53,788 nucleotides of DNA from the IMG/VR virus record IMGVR_UViG_3300031953_000017, positions 1 through 53,788 of that record; one strand, 5' to 3'. This DNA is from a virus (Duplodnaviria; Caudoviricetes). A program made the position numbers and the translations under genes. The notes beneath the pieces were generated by a model. The model searched no databases, was not told the origin of the DNA, and saw only the letters and a program-made list of their open reading frames with translations. Shown piece by piece: positions 36,219 to 44,164 of this stretch. Numbering within the stretch: the first letter of the stretch is position 1; every line of letters starts with the position of its first letter.

Positions 36219-36959
36219 ATGCCAACAACCGGACTCCCCGCAAACATCTGGTACCCAGACGAGAACTCACCCGTAGCGCCCCTCGATAACCTGTTTCTTC
36301 AGCTAGCCAACAGCGTCAACGTAGCGTTTTCGGATCTCAACCTCAGCTACAGAGTGGAGAATCTGGCCGAGCTGGGCGCGCTGACGGCGGTAGAGGTTGG
36401 TAGCTCCGCTTACATGCTGACACCGGGTGCCGGAATTGGCCCGGTTGAATGGTCGGCCTATGCAGGCGTTGGTTCTGCGCTGGAATGGCGCGCGACGAGT
36501 ATGGTTGTGGCCGGAAGCAAGGCTCAGCTCGACGCTTTCGCTAGCGCAGTAATCGCATCCCCCGCCGTCGACGCGACATTCAAGAGTGGTCTTACTGCCT
36601 ACAACACAACGAATAAGGTTTACTCCAGCTGGAATGGCACAGTATTCAATCCCGACGACACCGGGTGGATAAACCTATCCACCCCAGGCTGGATAACGAA
36701 CACCCAGCCAAAGATAAAAAAGGTGAACGGCCTGATATTCATGGCCGGAATCATCCAGTCTTCCGGGGTTCAGGGCACTGTTGCAACAGTCCCCGAAGGG
36801 TTCTATGACCCCGACCGAAACATACTTATCACCATAACTACCGCCTCAACCAGCGTTTCCTATCGGGGGCAGGTTTCCCCATCTGGAATACTCACAATCA
36901 TCCCGAGCGCAACCAATGGCCTATATATCTATCTGGACGGAATCAACTATGCACTGTAA
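36219..36959 (+). CDS. minor tail / receptor-binding protein
   Basis: IWYPD N-terminal anchor; C-terminal DTGWINL...ATVPEGF head-domain pattern. Confidence 0.65.
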   Translation: MPTTGLPANIWYPDENSPVAPLDNLFLQLANSVNVAFSDLNLSYRVENLAELGALTAVEVGSSAYMLTPGAGIGPVEWSAYAGVGSALEWRATSMVVAGSKAQLDAFASAVIASPAVDATFKSGLTAYNTTNKVYSSWNGTVFNPDDTGWINLSTPGWITNTQPKIKKVNGLIFMAGIIQSSGVQGTVATVPEGFYDPDRNILITITTASTSVSYRGQVSPSGILTIIPSATNGLYIYLDGINYAL

Positions 36960-36998
36960 CTACAAGTCGCCGAGCGTGCCTGACGAAGGCTGGACAGC

Positions 36999-37913
36999 AT
37001 GACCTATAGTGCCCTAACTGATCAGATCAAGACCTCCAGCCAGTCGTCGACCAGAAAATCCACAATTGACACGTTCCTGATCCATCATCAGGCGGGGACA
37101 AACGACAATGCCGTCATTGAGGCAATGGTCAGCGGCTCGCGTGGGGTGTCGGCGAATTACACGATTAGCAATGAGGGGCGCATCACCTGTGTTGTCCCTG
37201 AAGAGCGTCGAGCTTGGACTTCCGGCTCACCTTACGACGACGGCAAGGGCGCGGCATGGGATCATCGCGCAGTCACTGTTGAGATTGAAAATGAATCAGG
37301 CGCCCCCAATTGGAAAATCTCAGACAAGGCGCTCAATTCTGCTGCACGGTTGTTGCAGGATCTCCGGTCACGGTACGCAATCAGTAACGTTCTGGGGCAT
37401 CGTGACCTGTGGAACCTGCACCGAGCAAGCTACGCAACATTCTGCCCTGGCCCGAATACCGTGGCCCAGATTGTTAGCCTAGCGAAGAGTGGAAGCACCC
37501 CGGCAGGCGGGGGTTCGACACCCATACCAAAAGAAGAGGAAGAGGAAATGGAACTTATCTACATTCGGGCCGCAGACGGCGCAGCGGTCTACAAGGAAGT
37601 GAAGGGAGTGATCGGCAGCATCAATCTTAAGTTTTTCACCGCTGCGGAACGCACTCACTTTCTGAACCTTTGGGGCACACCTGAGAAGCCGCGAAACAGC
37701 CGGGTAAACATTAGCTATCACGACGTGCAACTTGCCGACGTGCAGCCCGTACTCAACATGTTCGCGACAGCAACTCAGGCTCAAGTGGCAGGCTTGGGGT
37801 CAAGTCTGGATTCGATTCCTGCTGCCACCCCCACGGAACCGGGAGTCCCCCTAGACTTGGCTGCACTCGCCAAGGCGGTAAACGACGACGCTGCCCAGCG
37901 TCTTCTCGAATAG
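36999..37913 (+). CDS. endolysin (N-acetylmuramoyl-L-alanine amidase)
   Basis: IHHQAG, SANY, RAWTSG, VEIEN, GHRD, TFCPG: Zn-amidase_2 motifs. Confidence 0.9.
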   Translation: MTYSALTDQIKTSSQSSTRKSTIDTFLIHHQAGTNDNAVIEAMVSGSRGVSANYTISNEGRITCVVPEERRAWTSGSPYDDGKGAAWDHRAVTVEIENESGAPNWKISDKALNSAARLLQDLRSRYAISNVLGHRDLWNLHRASYATFCPGPNTVAQIVSLAKSGSTPAGGGSTPIPKEEEEEMELIYIRAADGAAVYKEVKGVIGSINLKFFTAAERTHFLNLWGTPEKPRNSRVNISYHDVQLADVQPVLNMFATATQAQVAGLGSSLDSIPAATPTEPGVPLDLAALAKAVNDDAAQRLLE

Positions 37914-37925
37914 TAAGGAAACACA

Positions 37926-38243
37926 ATGCTCACCTTCACGTTCTCGTGGCTGGCTCTGCTAGTCCTTTTGGTCAGTGTGCTGCTTCCCGTCATTACGGGA
38001 TTCGTCACCACTCGATTCACTTCCGGCTCCAAGAAAGCCGTGGTGCTGGCTTTGCTCAGCGCCATCACCGGCTTCGGAACCGAAGTGATGAACGCAGTCC
38101 AGAACGCGTCAACCTATGACGTCTTCACTGGGCTCGTATCCGCGATCACGGTATTCATCGTCGCCGTAGCAATGTATTTCGGGCTTTGGAAGCCCACTGG
38201 CATTGCTGAGCGTGCCCAAGACGTCGGCGGTATCGTCAAGTAA
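37926..38243 (+). CDS. holin
   Basis: Three hydrophobic segments; GLWKPTG motif; follows endolysin. Confidence 0.8.
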   Translation: MLTFTFSWLALLVLLVSVLLPVITGFVTTRFTSGSKKAVVLALLSAITGFGTEVMNAVQNASTYDVFTGLVSAITVFIVAVAMYFGLWKPTGIAERAQDVGGIVK

Positions 38244-38252
38244 CAACTGTGA

Positions 38253-38283
38253 GAAGCCCCGGTCGAAAGGCCGGGGTTTTTCT
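38253..38283 (+). terminator. intrinsic terminator
   Basis: GAAGCCCCGGTC-GAAA-GGCCGGGGTTTT then TCT. Confidence 0.85.
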
Positions 38284-38335
38284 ATGCCTCCACGGATAAC
38301 GCGATACTATTGCCCAGGATCAGGAAGAGGCCGAA

Positions 38336-38764
38336 GTGACTTTGTTTACAGCGCTGCTAGAGGTGGCGGAAGCGGTAACGGACGGGAGCTTCCCAATGCC
38401 GGTAAGTCTCGGCGTTGCCGGAATATCTCTCACGGCTTTGCTTAGCTTTTTTGTGTGGCAAAACAAGATGATCTCGTCCGGCAAGTGGGTTCCAGGGGTT
38501 CAGGTGGAGGCACGCCTCGCCGAGAAGGATTCCGCCTACGACAACATGGTTGTAGTGAAAGACGCGCAGCATAAGACCGATGTCGAGCTCGTTCAGGAAT
38601 ATCGGACTACGATCAGCACTGTGCAGGAAAGAGCAACCTTACTCGAGGGTTTGCTTGAAAAGTCGATCGAAGCCAACAAGCTGACCGACCACTTCTACAC
38701 AGCCTTCATGCCAAAACGAGACTCGGTGGGATATGATGCCGCCAAGGAGCCTGACAATGACTAA
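38336..38764 (+). CDS. membrane protein with coiled coil (accessory lysis)
   Basis: N-terminal TM helix, GKWVP motif, helical tail. Confidence 0.65.
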   Translation: MTLFTALLEVAEAVTDGSFPMPVSLGVAGISLTALLSFFVWQNKMISSGKWVPGVQVEARLAEKDSAYDNMVVVKDAQHKTDVELVQEYRTTISTVQERATLLEGLLEKSIEANKLTDHFYTAFMPKRDSVGYDAAKEPDND

Positions 38765-38969
38765 GAAGTTTGTTCACGCGGAACCTGTGATGTCTGAGAT
38801 TGATCAGCTGCGCGCGCTTCGCGAAAAAACTTCTCAGCAGAACAAGGAAACTCGCAAGGTAGAACGGGTGATGACCCCAGTATGGGGGCGGTTGGCGCGT
38901 CGTCTGGAAGTGAACAGTCTCAGCCACGAGTACGATCTTTCTATGACACCCAAGGAGTTGACCTCTTGA
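38757..38969 (+). CDS. small accessory lysis-region protein
   Basis: AAGGAG RBS; 70 aa. Confidence 0.6.
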   Translation: MTKKFVHAEPVMSEIDQLRALREKTSQQNKETRKVERVMTPVWGRLARRLEVNSLSHEYDLSMTPKELTS

Positions 38970-39475
38970 TCAATCCACTTTCCCGCGCCAAGCGAATCGC
39001 TCTCTGGGCCTCCAGTCACCGAATGATCACCGCCGTTGCCGGCTTCTGGATCTTGGTTGCTGGGCTGGTTTGGGCTTTTCCCCCACTGTTCGTCACCATC
39101 AACCCGACCATCTGGGTTTTGACGCAGCTGGTCACCGTCTACACGTTCATCTCGCTCGTCTTCTATGTGGCGCTGTACGGTACACGTTTCCGCTGGGCGG
39201 ACTACCGCGGCGGTCAGTTGATCTTTTCGCTGACGTTCAGCCTGTCGGGCGTGATGCTTCTAGTGATGACGGCATTCTTCATCAACCCTGTCAGCGGTTT
39301 CGCCTGGTACGAGATGCCTCCCGAAACTTTCCACTGGCGACCGTCCGGCCGGCTGGCGATCTACCTCGGCGTGGCCGCGTCGATCACGTCGATGAACCGC
39401 GAGCTGCTTATGCGTTTAGCCCAGCGCCAGCCGATCGAGCTGAGCGTCCCCGTGCGTGACGAGTCTCGCCGCTAA
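38966..39475 (+). CDS. multi-pass membrane protein
   Basis: AAGGAG RBS, TTG start; four hydrophobic segments. Confidence 0.7.
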   Translation: MINPLSRAKRIALWASSHRMITAVAGFWILVAGLVWAFPPLFVTINPTIWVLTQLVTVYTFISLVFYVALYGTRFRWADYRGGQLIFSLTFSLSGVMLLVMTAFFINPVSGFAWYEMPPETFHWRPSGRLAIYLGVAASITSMNRELLMRLAQRQPIELSVPVRDESRR

Positions 39476-39966
39476 ACGTCCGGCCAGAAAGCTTCAACTG
39501 TTGGCGTGTGGTCGATCGACTTGGCCCACGCCAACACATGAATCTCGGAATCGTTCACGTCGCGAGCGTCACTCCACCGGATGGCGGGATTCTCTCGAGC
39601 CTCCGCGTTGGTGATGTAGAAACCCAGCTCCTTCAGTTTCTCGTCGCTGCACATGGCTTTCATCGCCGTTGGCTGGAATATGAGCTCCAAACCCAGTGCC
39701 GAGGCCATCGTGTAGACGGATCCCTCAATGAGCATTGGGGTGAAATCGGCCATCGCTGAGCGACCGTCTTTGTCGTTGAACTTTTCGCAGACGGTAACGT
39801 CGGGGCGCATGCCGCCAAGTCGCACCTCCATAAAGCTTACGAAACCGGGCAGCCCGCCGTGAATCATCCCGTAGTCGACACGCTGGATTGGCGCATCGCG
39901 ATCTAGCATCCACAGTGACCAGCCGGTAACGTCGCCGGGGTCTATGCCCAGAATCATCTCGGTCAT
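39472..39966 (-). CDS. RuvC-like Holliday junction resolvase
   Basis: ILGIDPGDVTGW, VCEKF and DVND acidic motifs. Confidence 0.85.
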   Translation of the reverse strand: MTEMILGIDPGDVTGWSLWMLDRDAPIQRVDYGMIHGGLPGFVSFMEVRLGGMRPDVTVCEKFNDKDGRSAMADFTPMLIEGSVYTMASALGLELIFQPTAMKAMCSDEKLKELGFYITNAEARENPAIRWSDARDVNDSEIHVLAWAKSIDHTPTVEAFWPDV

Positions 39967-40784
39967 CCAGTCCACTCCCCAGATTCGATTGGCGCCGCCA
40001 GTTTGGCATCGCGTTTCTCTTCGAGCGTCTTGCGCTCTTTGCGTTCCGTCGTCGGCGGGACAAAGATGTCGAACCATTCCCCGAAGTCGCCAGCCACCAT
40101 CGAGAACCCGACTCCCGAGATCTCGTCACGCCAGCGCGCGCAAGAAAATGCGGGCACCATCTTGTCGCCCTTGGGGCGCCCCTCGTAGGTGAGCTCAAAT
40201 GCGGCGAAGACTTGACCCTGATTCATGAGGACTCCCGCCAGCCCGTAATGCTCGCGATCCTCTGCCGGCGTATTCACGTCGCCGATCGAATGACCATCCT
40301 TGCCTTCTTCGGCTTTGGAGTCAGCGACGTACAGTGTGGCCTCGTTGTGCGTTGACGAGCGCTGTGCTTTGATCTCCCAGCCGAAATTGGAGTATCCGGC
40401 ACACTCACACGCTCGGACGTTACAAACGCCGTCAGGATGGCGCTCAGGCGGGTGGGGGCAGTTTCGGCAAGCTGAAGCCCTCTTTGCGTAGCCCCTCGGA
40501 GATTGCGGCATGTCTGCCACCAGGATTTCATGGCCGCGCTCGGTGACGTGGATGCCAGATTCTATCGTCACCCCCGGCTTCGGCGGGATCTTCGTACCAT
40601 TCGGGTTCCGACCTTTCGACACCCTGTGGTCTATGAGCGCTTGACGCATCGGCTCCCAGTCAGTCTCGCCAGATCCGGGCGGCATCTTGTCGGTGAAGTT
40701 GAGCTTCACCGTGGGCAGCTCGGCTACCTTTTCTGGCTCTTCCTCTTCTTCAGCGTCAAACTCTTCTTCCCCGTAAAAGAACAT
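39963..40784 (-). CDS. hypothetical protein with internal Cys/His Zn module
   Basis: CRNCPHPPERH...CNVRACEC. Confidence 0.7.
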   Translation of the reverse strand: MFFYGEEEFDAEEEEEPEKVAELPTVKLNFTDKMPPGSGETDWEPMRQALIDHRVSKGRNPNGTKIPPKPGVTIESGIHVTERGHEILVADMPQSPRGYAKRASACRNCPHPPERHPDGVCNVRACECAGYSNFGWEIKAQRSSTHNEATLYVADSKAEEGKDGHSIGDVNTPAEDREHYGLAGVLMNQGQVFAAFELTYEGRPKGDKMVPAFSCARWRDEISGVGFSMVAGDFGEWFDIFVPPTTERKERKTLEEKRDAKLAAPIESGEWTG

Positions 40785-41194
40785 CAGTCCTCCCGATTCA
40801 CATAGGCGCGCATCTTCCGCTCGCTCTCAAGCTCTTCGGCCGAAATCTCTCGAGTCCCCGCGCCGAACATTGAAACCATGATGTCTTCGATCGTTGTCGC
40901 TTTGTCGTCGTATTCGGTCTCGCCGAGAACCCAAGACAAAGCACGCTGCCACCCAGCGCCCGAAGTCCCCGCAGTGGTGAGCGCGTACTCGCAGATGAAC
41001 GGCGGGCGAGTGCCGACCGCCAGAACCCGCGCGTTCAGGTTCGGCAAGTCGACGAGCGTTGCTACGCCAATGGGGATGACCTTTGCCTCAATGCCGAGCG
41101 CGAGCTTCGCAGCCTTGATTGGGGCGAGATCCGCTTTACCTTCACTCCAGATGTAGAGCGGCTTCTGATCGCTCCACACATCCGACGCGCTCAT
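40784..41194 (-). CDS. hypothetical protein
   Basis: 136 aa, coupled. Confidence 0.7.
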   Translation of the reverse strand: MSASDVWSDQKPLYIWSEGKADLAPIKAAKLALGIEAKVIPIGVATLVDLPNLNARVLAVGTRPPFICEYALTTAGTSGAGWQRALSWVLGETEYDDKATTIEDIMVSMFGAGTREISAEELESERKMRAYVNRED

Positions 41195-41388
41195 GTGACG
41201 GTTATGGATATGTCTAGCTCGGGCGAAAAGAACGAACCGGCAGCATGGGGGTCGATCTCGATGGTAACGATGTCACCTTCGCGGCCGAGAATCTTGCCGA
41301 TCACTTTCCCATTGCTAGTGACGGGCGAACCGGGAAGCGCGGCCTCGGCGGCGCCCATGTCCGGCAGCTTGACCTTTGCGACGTTCAT
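41191..41388 (-). CDS. small hypothetical protein
   Basis: ATGA overlaps; MNVAKVKLPD. Confidence 0.6.
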   Translation of the reverse strand: MNVAKVKLPDMGAAEAALPGSPVTSNGKVIGKILGREGDIVTIEIDPHAAGSFFSPELDISITVT

Positions 41389-41681
41389 CGCTTGCCTTTC
41401 GCTGGCTGCGGCCAAGTTTCCCAATACCAATCGCCGATCGTGGAGCCATCGGAAAACTGCTGCTTTCGCATGTTCCATTCGCCATGGAGCTCTCCGGCCC
41501 TCTTCCACCAGTTTCGCAACTGAGTGCGAGCTTGCTCCGCAGCCAGAAGTGGGCTTGCCCCCATGACTGCATGGTATTCGTGGAACCGGCAAACAGACAT
41601 ACCTTCCACGACGAACATCGCGGGGCGCGGCCTGGGTATCCGTTGCTCCGCTTTCATCTTTCCGCAAACCCAGCACTTCAT
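41385..41681 (-). CDS. Zn-finger-like hypothetical protein
   Basis: CWVC...CRFH. Confidence 0.6.
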   Translation of the reverse strand: MKCWVCGKMKAEQRIPRPRPAMFVVEGMSVCRFHEYHAVMGASPLLAAEQARTQLRNWWKRAGELHGEWNMRKQQFSDGSTIGDWYWETWPQPAKGKR

Positions 41682-41788
41682 GAGACACACTCGCAGCCGG
41701 CGACGTTGCAGACGCGCCGTTCGGTGGTACCGACAATCCTGTTGCTGTGCGACATCCCGAGATGTCCGCAGTTGTTACATTCTTTCAT
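41678..41788 (-). CDS. 36-aa Cys/His Zn-binding protein
   Basis: MKECNNCGHLGMSHSNRIVGTTERRVCNVAGCECVS; ATGA overlaps; GGAGG RBS. Confidence 0.6.
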   Translation of the reverse strand: MKECNNCGHLGMSHSNRIVGTTERRVCNVAGCECVS

Positions 41789-42189
41789 CGAGCCCAAACC
41801 TCCTTGATTTCGCCAACCTTGATTCCGACCAGGCGTTTCGCCACGTCGTAACAGTTCCGCGTTCCGGCGTTGGTCGCTCCGGTTTGGAAGAATGCGATAA
41901 CGAGATCCGCGCCGAGATTGACCATTTCGTGATTACGCTGATGGCCGGCGTATGAGCCTTTCGCCCAGTTCGCCGGGTGAACCTCGACGACGACGCCTTC
42001 TTGGCGCATATCCCACGCCCACTGGTTCGCCAGCGTGTCAGCGCCGGGGGCGCTGCCGTGGATAATTGTGAACGGCTCGGGCGGCTCGGCTACGCGCTCG
42101 TCCTCCCACTTCTGCCACACCTCATTCAGTTCGTCGTAGACGGTTGCTTGGTGCGTTACTTGGCGGCTGCCGGTAACTAAAACTCTCAT
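41785..42189 (-). CDS. SLOG-family protein (DUF2493/YspA-like)
   Basis: RVLVTGSR, IIHGSAPGADTLA, AGHQRNHEMV, GT motifs. Confidence 0.85.
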   Translation of the reverse strand: MRVLVTGSRQVTHQATVYDELNEVWQKWEDERVAEPPEPFTIIHGSAPGADTLANQWAWDMRQEGVVVEVHPANWAKGSYAGHQRNHEMVNLGADLVIAFFQTGATNAGTRNCYDVAKRLVGIKVGEIKEVWAR

Positions 42190-43778
42190 GCTTGTTCTCC
42201 TGTCATGTGCGCGAGGATAGCCTCAGCGAGTAGTGGTGGAAATGCGTTGCCGATCTGGAGGAAAGCTTTACCTTTGGTAAGCGGCTTGCCGTTGATTCCG
42301 GTAGACCAGTCGAAATCGGCTGGATACGACTGTAGCAGGCTGGCCTCCTGAACCGTAACCCTTGTGCTGGTCGAGTTTTGTTCGCCCGGAAAATGATGTT
42401 CGCGCGACGTGAGCCGTGGATCGCCGGCTACCGTCGTTGACGGCTTGGTCGGGTCGAGGTTGATTGGCTCGCCGGTTACGCCATGCTCCCACGTCACTCC
42501 ATTCACGCGCTGCCCAAAGTGGATCGTCGGCGCGGGGGACTTCACACTGTGACGGGCCGCGTTTTCGCCGGTTCCGTTGATCACGACCGCCCTGGAGTGC
42601 CCCTCGAAGTGTTTGAGTGCGCGCTCGCCAACCTCTGACTCGTCGATGTAGCCCAGACCAGAAATGTCACTCGTCACCGTGTTGGCTGGAACCGATGTCG
42701 GCCGCTCGTGAATCCCGTTCTGCTGCGAATGTGCGCCATGACGAGTCCACACTCGGTTTCCCGAGTCGTGGCCACCTGTGATCGTGGGCGCTGGCTGGCT
42801 GGCGTGCCTCTCTGCAGCGTTAGTCATTTTGTTGTTCGCGGTGATAAATGTGCTGCGATCGAGATGGCTGGTCACTGTCGGCGCTGGCTGGTGCAACTCG
42901 CGCTCGCCGCGGTTCTCGTAATCACCGTTGGTCGAGTAGGTGCTGCGCAGAACTGCATCGCGCGGGTGTGGCTTGTAGCTTTCCGGCATCGGGCGCTGCA
43001 CGCTGCGAACAGTCGGGGCAGGCTCGCTGGCGGGCCACACGCCACGACGGCCGTAGCTCATGGGGTGAAAATAGATCCCGCCGTCGTCGTCGACCCAGCC
43101 AAGCGCTTCGGCCATGCTGACCCACTTCTGCACTCCGCTGTCCAGCTTTTCTGGGTTCCGGGTGTAATACTTCGAGTGAGTTGGCGAGGGCATGGTTGCC
43201 TCAATGCCGTCGTTGCGAGCGATCAGAATTGCTCGAGTCCTGGTCTGAGGCACGCCGTACTGCTCCGCGTGAACCTTGCCGACATAAACCGAGTAACCCC
43301 ACTTGCGCATCTCTGTTGCGTAGCGCTCCCACACGGGCAGCACGGGCGGAACTTGCTCCAGCACCATAAGGCGCGGCCGGTTCTTGTAGGCAAACGTCAG
43401 CGGGGTGAGAACCAACGCCGTGCGAGGGTCATGCTTGTCGCCGAACGCGCGAAGGTTCGCCACATCGCGATATAGACCAGAATCTATGAGCTCGACAACT
43501 TCGTCGAGCGCTTTCCGGCCGACCCCGTTGCCGGCAAGGCTGAACGTCTGGCATGGTGGGGATCCGATAAGCAGGTCGATGTCGTAGGTTTCCCCATCGG
43601 GCAGGTCGGCCTCCAGCACATCCCACACGTCATTCATCCATGTGTCCATGCCGTTCGCTTCGCGCGTCTTGACGGCTTCGGGCATTATTTCTACGCCGTA
43701 CTCTTCGATGCCAAGTCGCTGGCAGGCCACACCCCAGCCGGTGCCGGCAAACAGGTCGATCGCTTTGATGTCGGTCAC
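42186..43778 (-). CDS. DNA (cytosine-5)-methyltransferase
   Basis: Motif I DLFAGTG, IV GSPPCQTFS, VI EQV, VIII PQTRTR, X QIGNA; GTG start overlapping upstream stop. Confidence 0.92.
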   Translation of the reverse strand: MTDIKAIDLFAGTGWGVACQRLGIEEYGVEIMPEAVKTREANGMDTWMNDVWDVLEADLPDGETYDIDLLIGSPPCQTFSLAGNGVGRKALDEVVELIDSGLYRDVANLRAFGDKHDPRTALVLTPLTFAYKNRPRLMVLEQVPPVLPVWERYATEMRKWGYSVYVGKVHAEQYGVPQTRTRAILIARNDGIEATMPSPTHSKYYTRNPEKLDSGVQKWVSMAEALGWVDDDGGIYFHPMSYGRRGVWPASEPAPTVRSVQRPMPESYKPHPRDAVLRSTYSTNGDYENRGERELHQPAPTVTSHLDRSTFITANNKMTNAAERHASQPAPTITGGHDSGNRVWTRHGAHSQQNGIHERPTSVPANTVTSDISGLGYIDESEVGERALKHFEGHSRAVVINGTGENAARHSVKSPAPTIHFGQRVNGVTWEHGVTGEPINLDPTKPSTTVAGDPRLTSREHHFPGEQNSTSTRVTVQEASLLQSYPADFDWSTGINGKPLTKGKAFLQIGNAFPPLLAEAILAHMTGEQA

Positions 43779-44164
43779 TTGGATGCCTTCTTCAGCCAGC
43801 GGTAGATGGTGGTTCGCGGGATCCCGGTCAGCAGCGCGATCATGTTGGGGCTGGTGCCCGCGTCGACAATGCTGGCGACCGCCGAATGGCTTACCAGTCC
43901 TTGCTGCTTCCACCTGAGACCGAGCGTGGCGATGGCTTCCATTGATTCGGGCGTGAAGCGCCCCCCAGTTTTGTCCGTCTTCTGGGTCAACCCCGCCACG
44001 GTCGCCGGGTTCAGCTTGGTGATCTTGGCGATGTTGTGGTTTGAGAAAATCCCCAACTCGCCCAGCGAAACTGCGTCGTCGAACTGTGCTTGCTTGTCAC
44101 CGTTCGCGTCGGGCACTCGTTTCCATGCCTCGATCGCTTGCTCTAGTGGCGTTAGTGCGGTCAT
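43775..44164 (-). CDS. helix-turn-helix DNA-binding protein
   Basis: Two HTH-like segments (NIAKITKLNPATV; IALLTGIPRTTIYRWL). Confidence 0.7.
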   Translation of the reverse strand: MTALTPLEQAIEAWKRVPDANGDKQAQFDDAVSLGELGIFSNHNIAKITKLNPATVAGLTQKTDKTGGRFTPESMEAIATLGLRWKQQGLVSHSAVASIVDAGTSPNMIALLTGIPRTTIYRWLKKASK

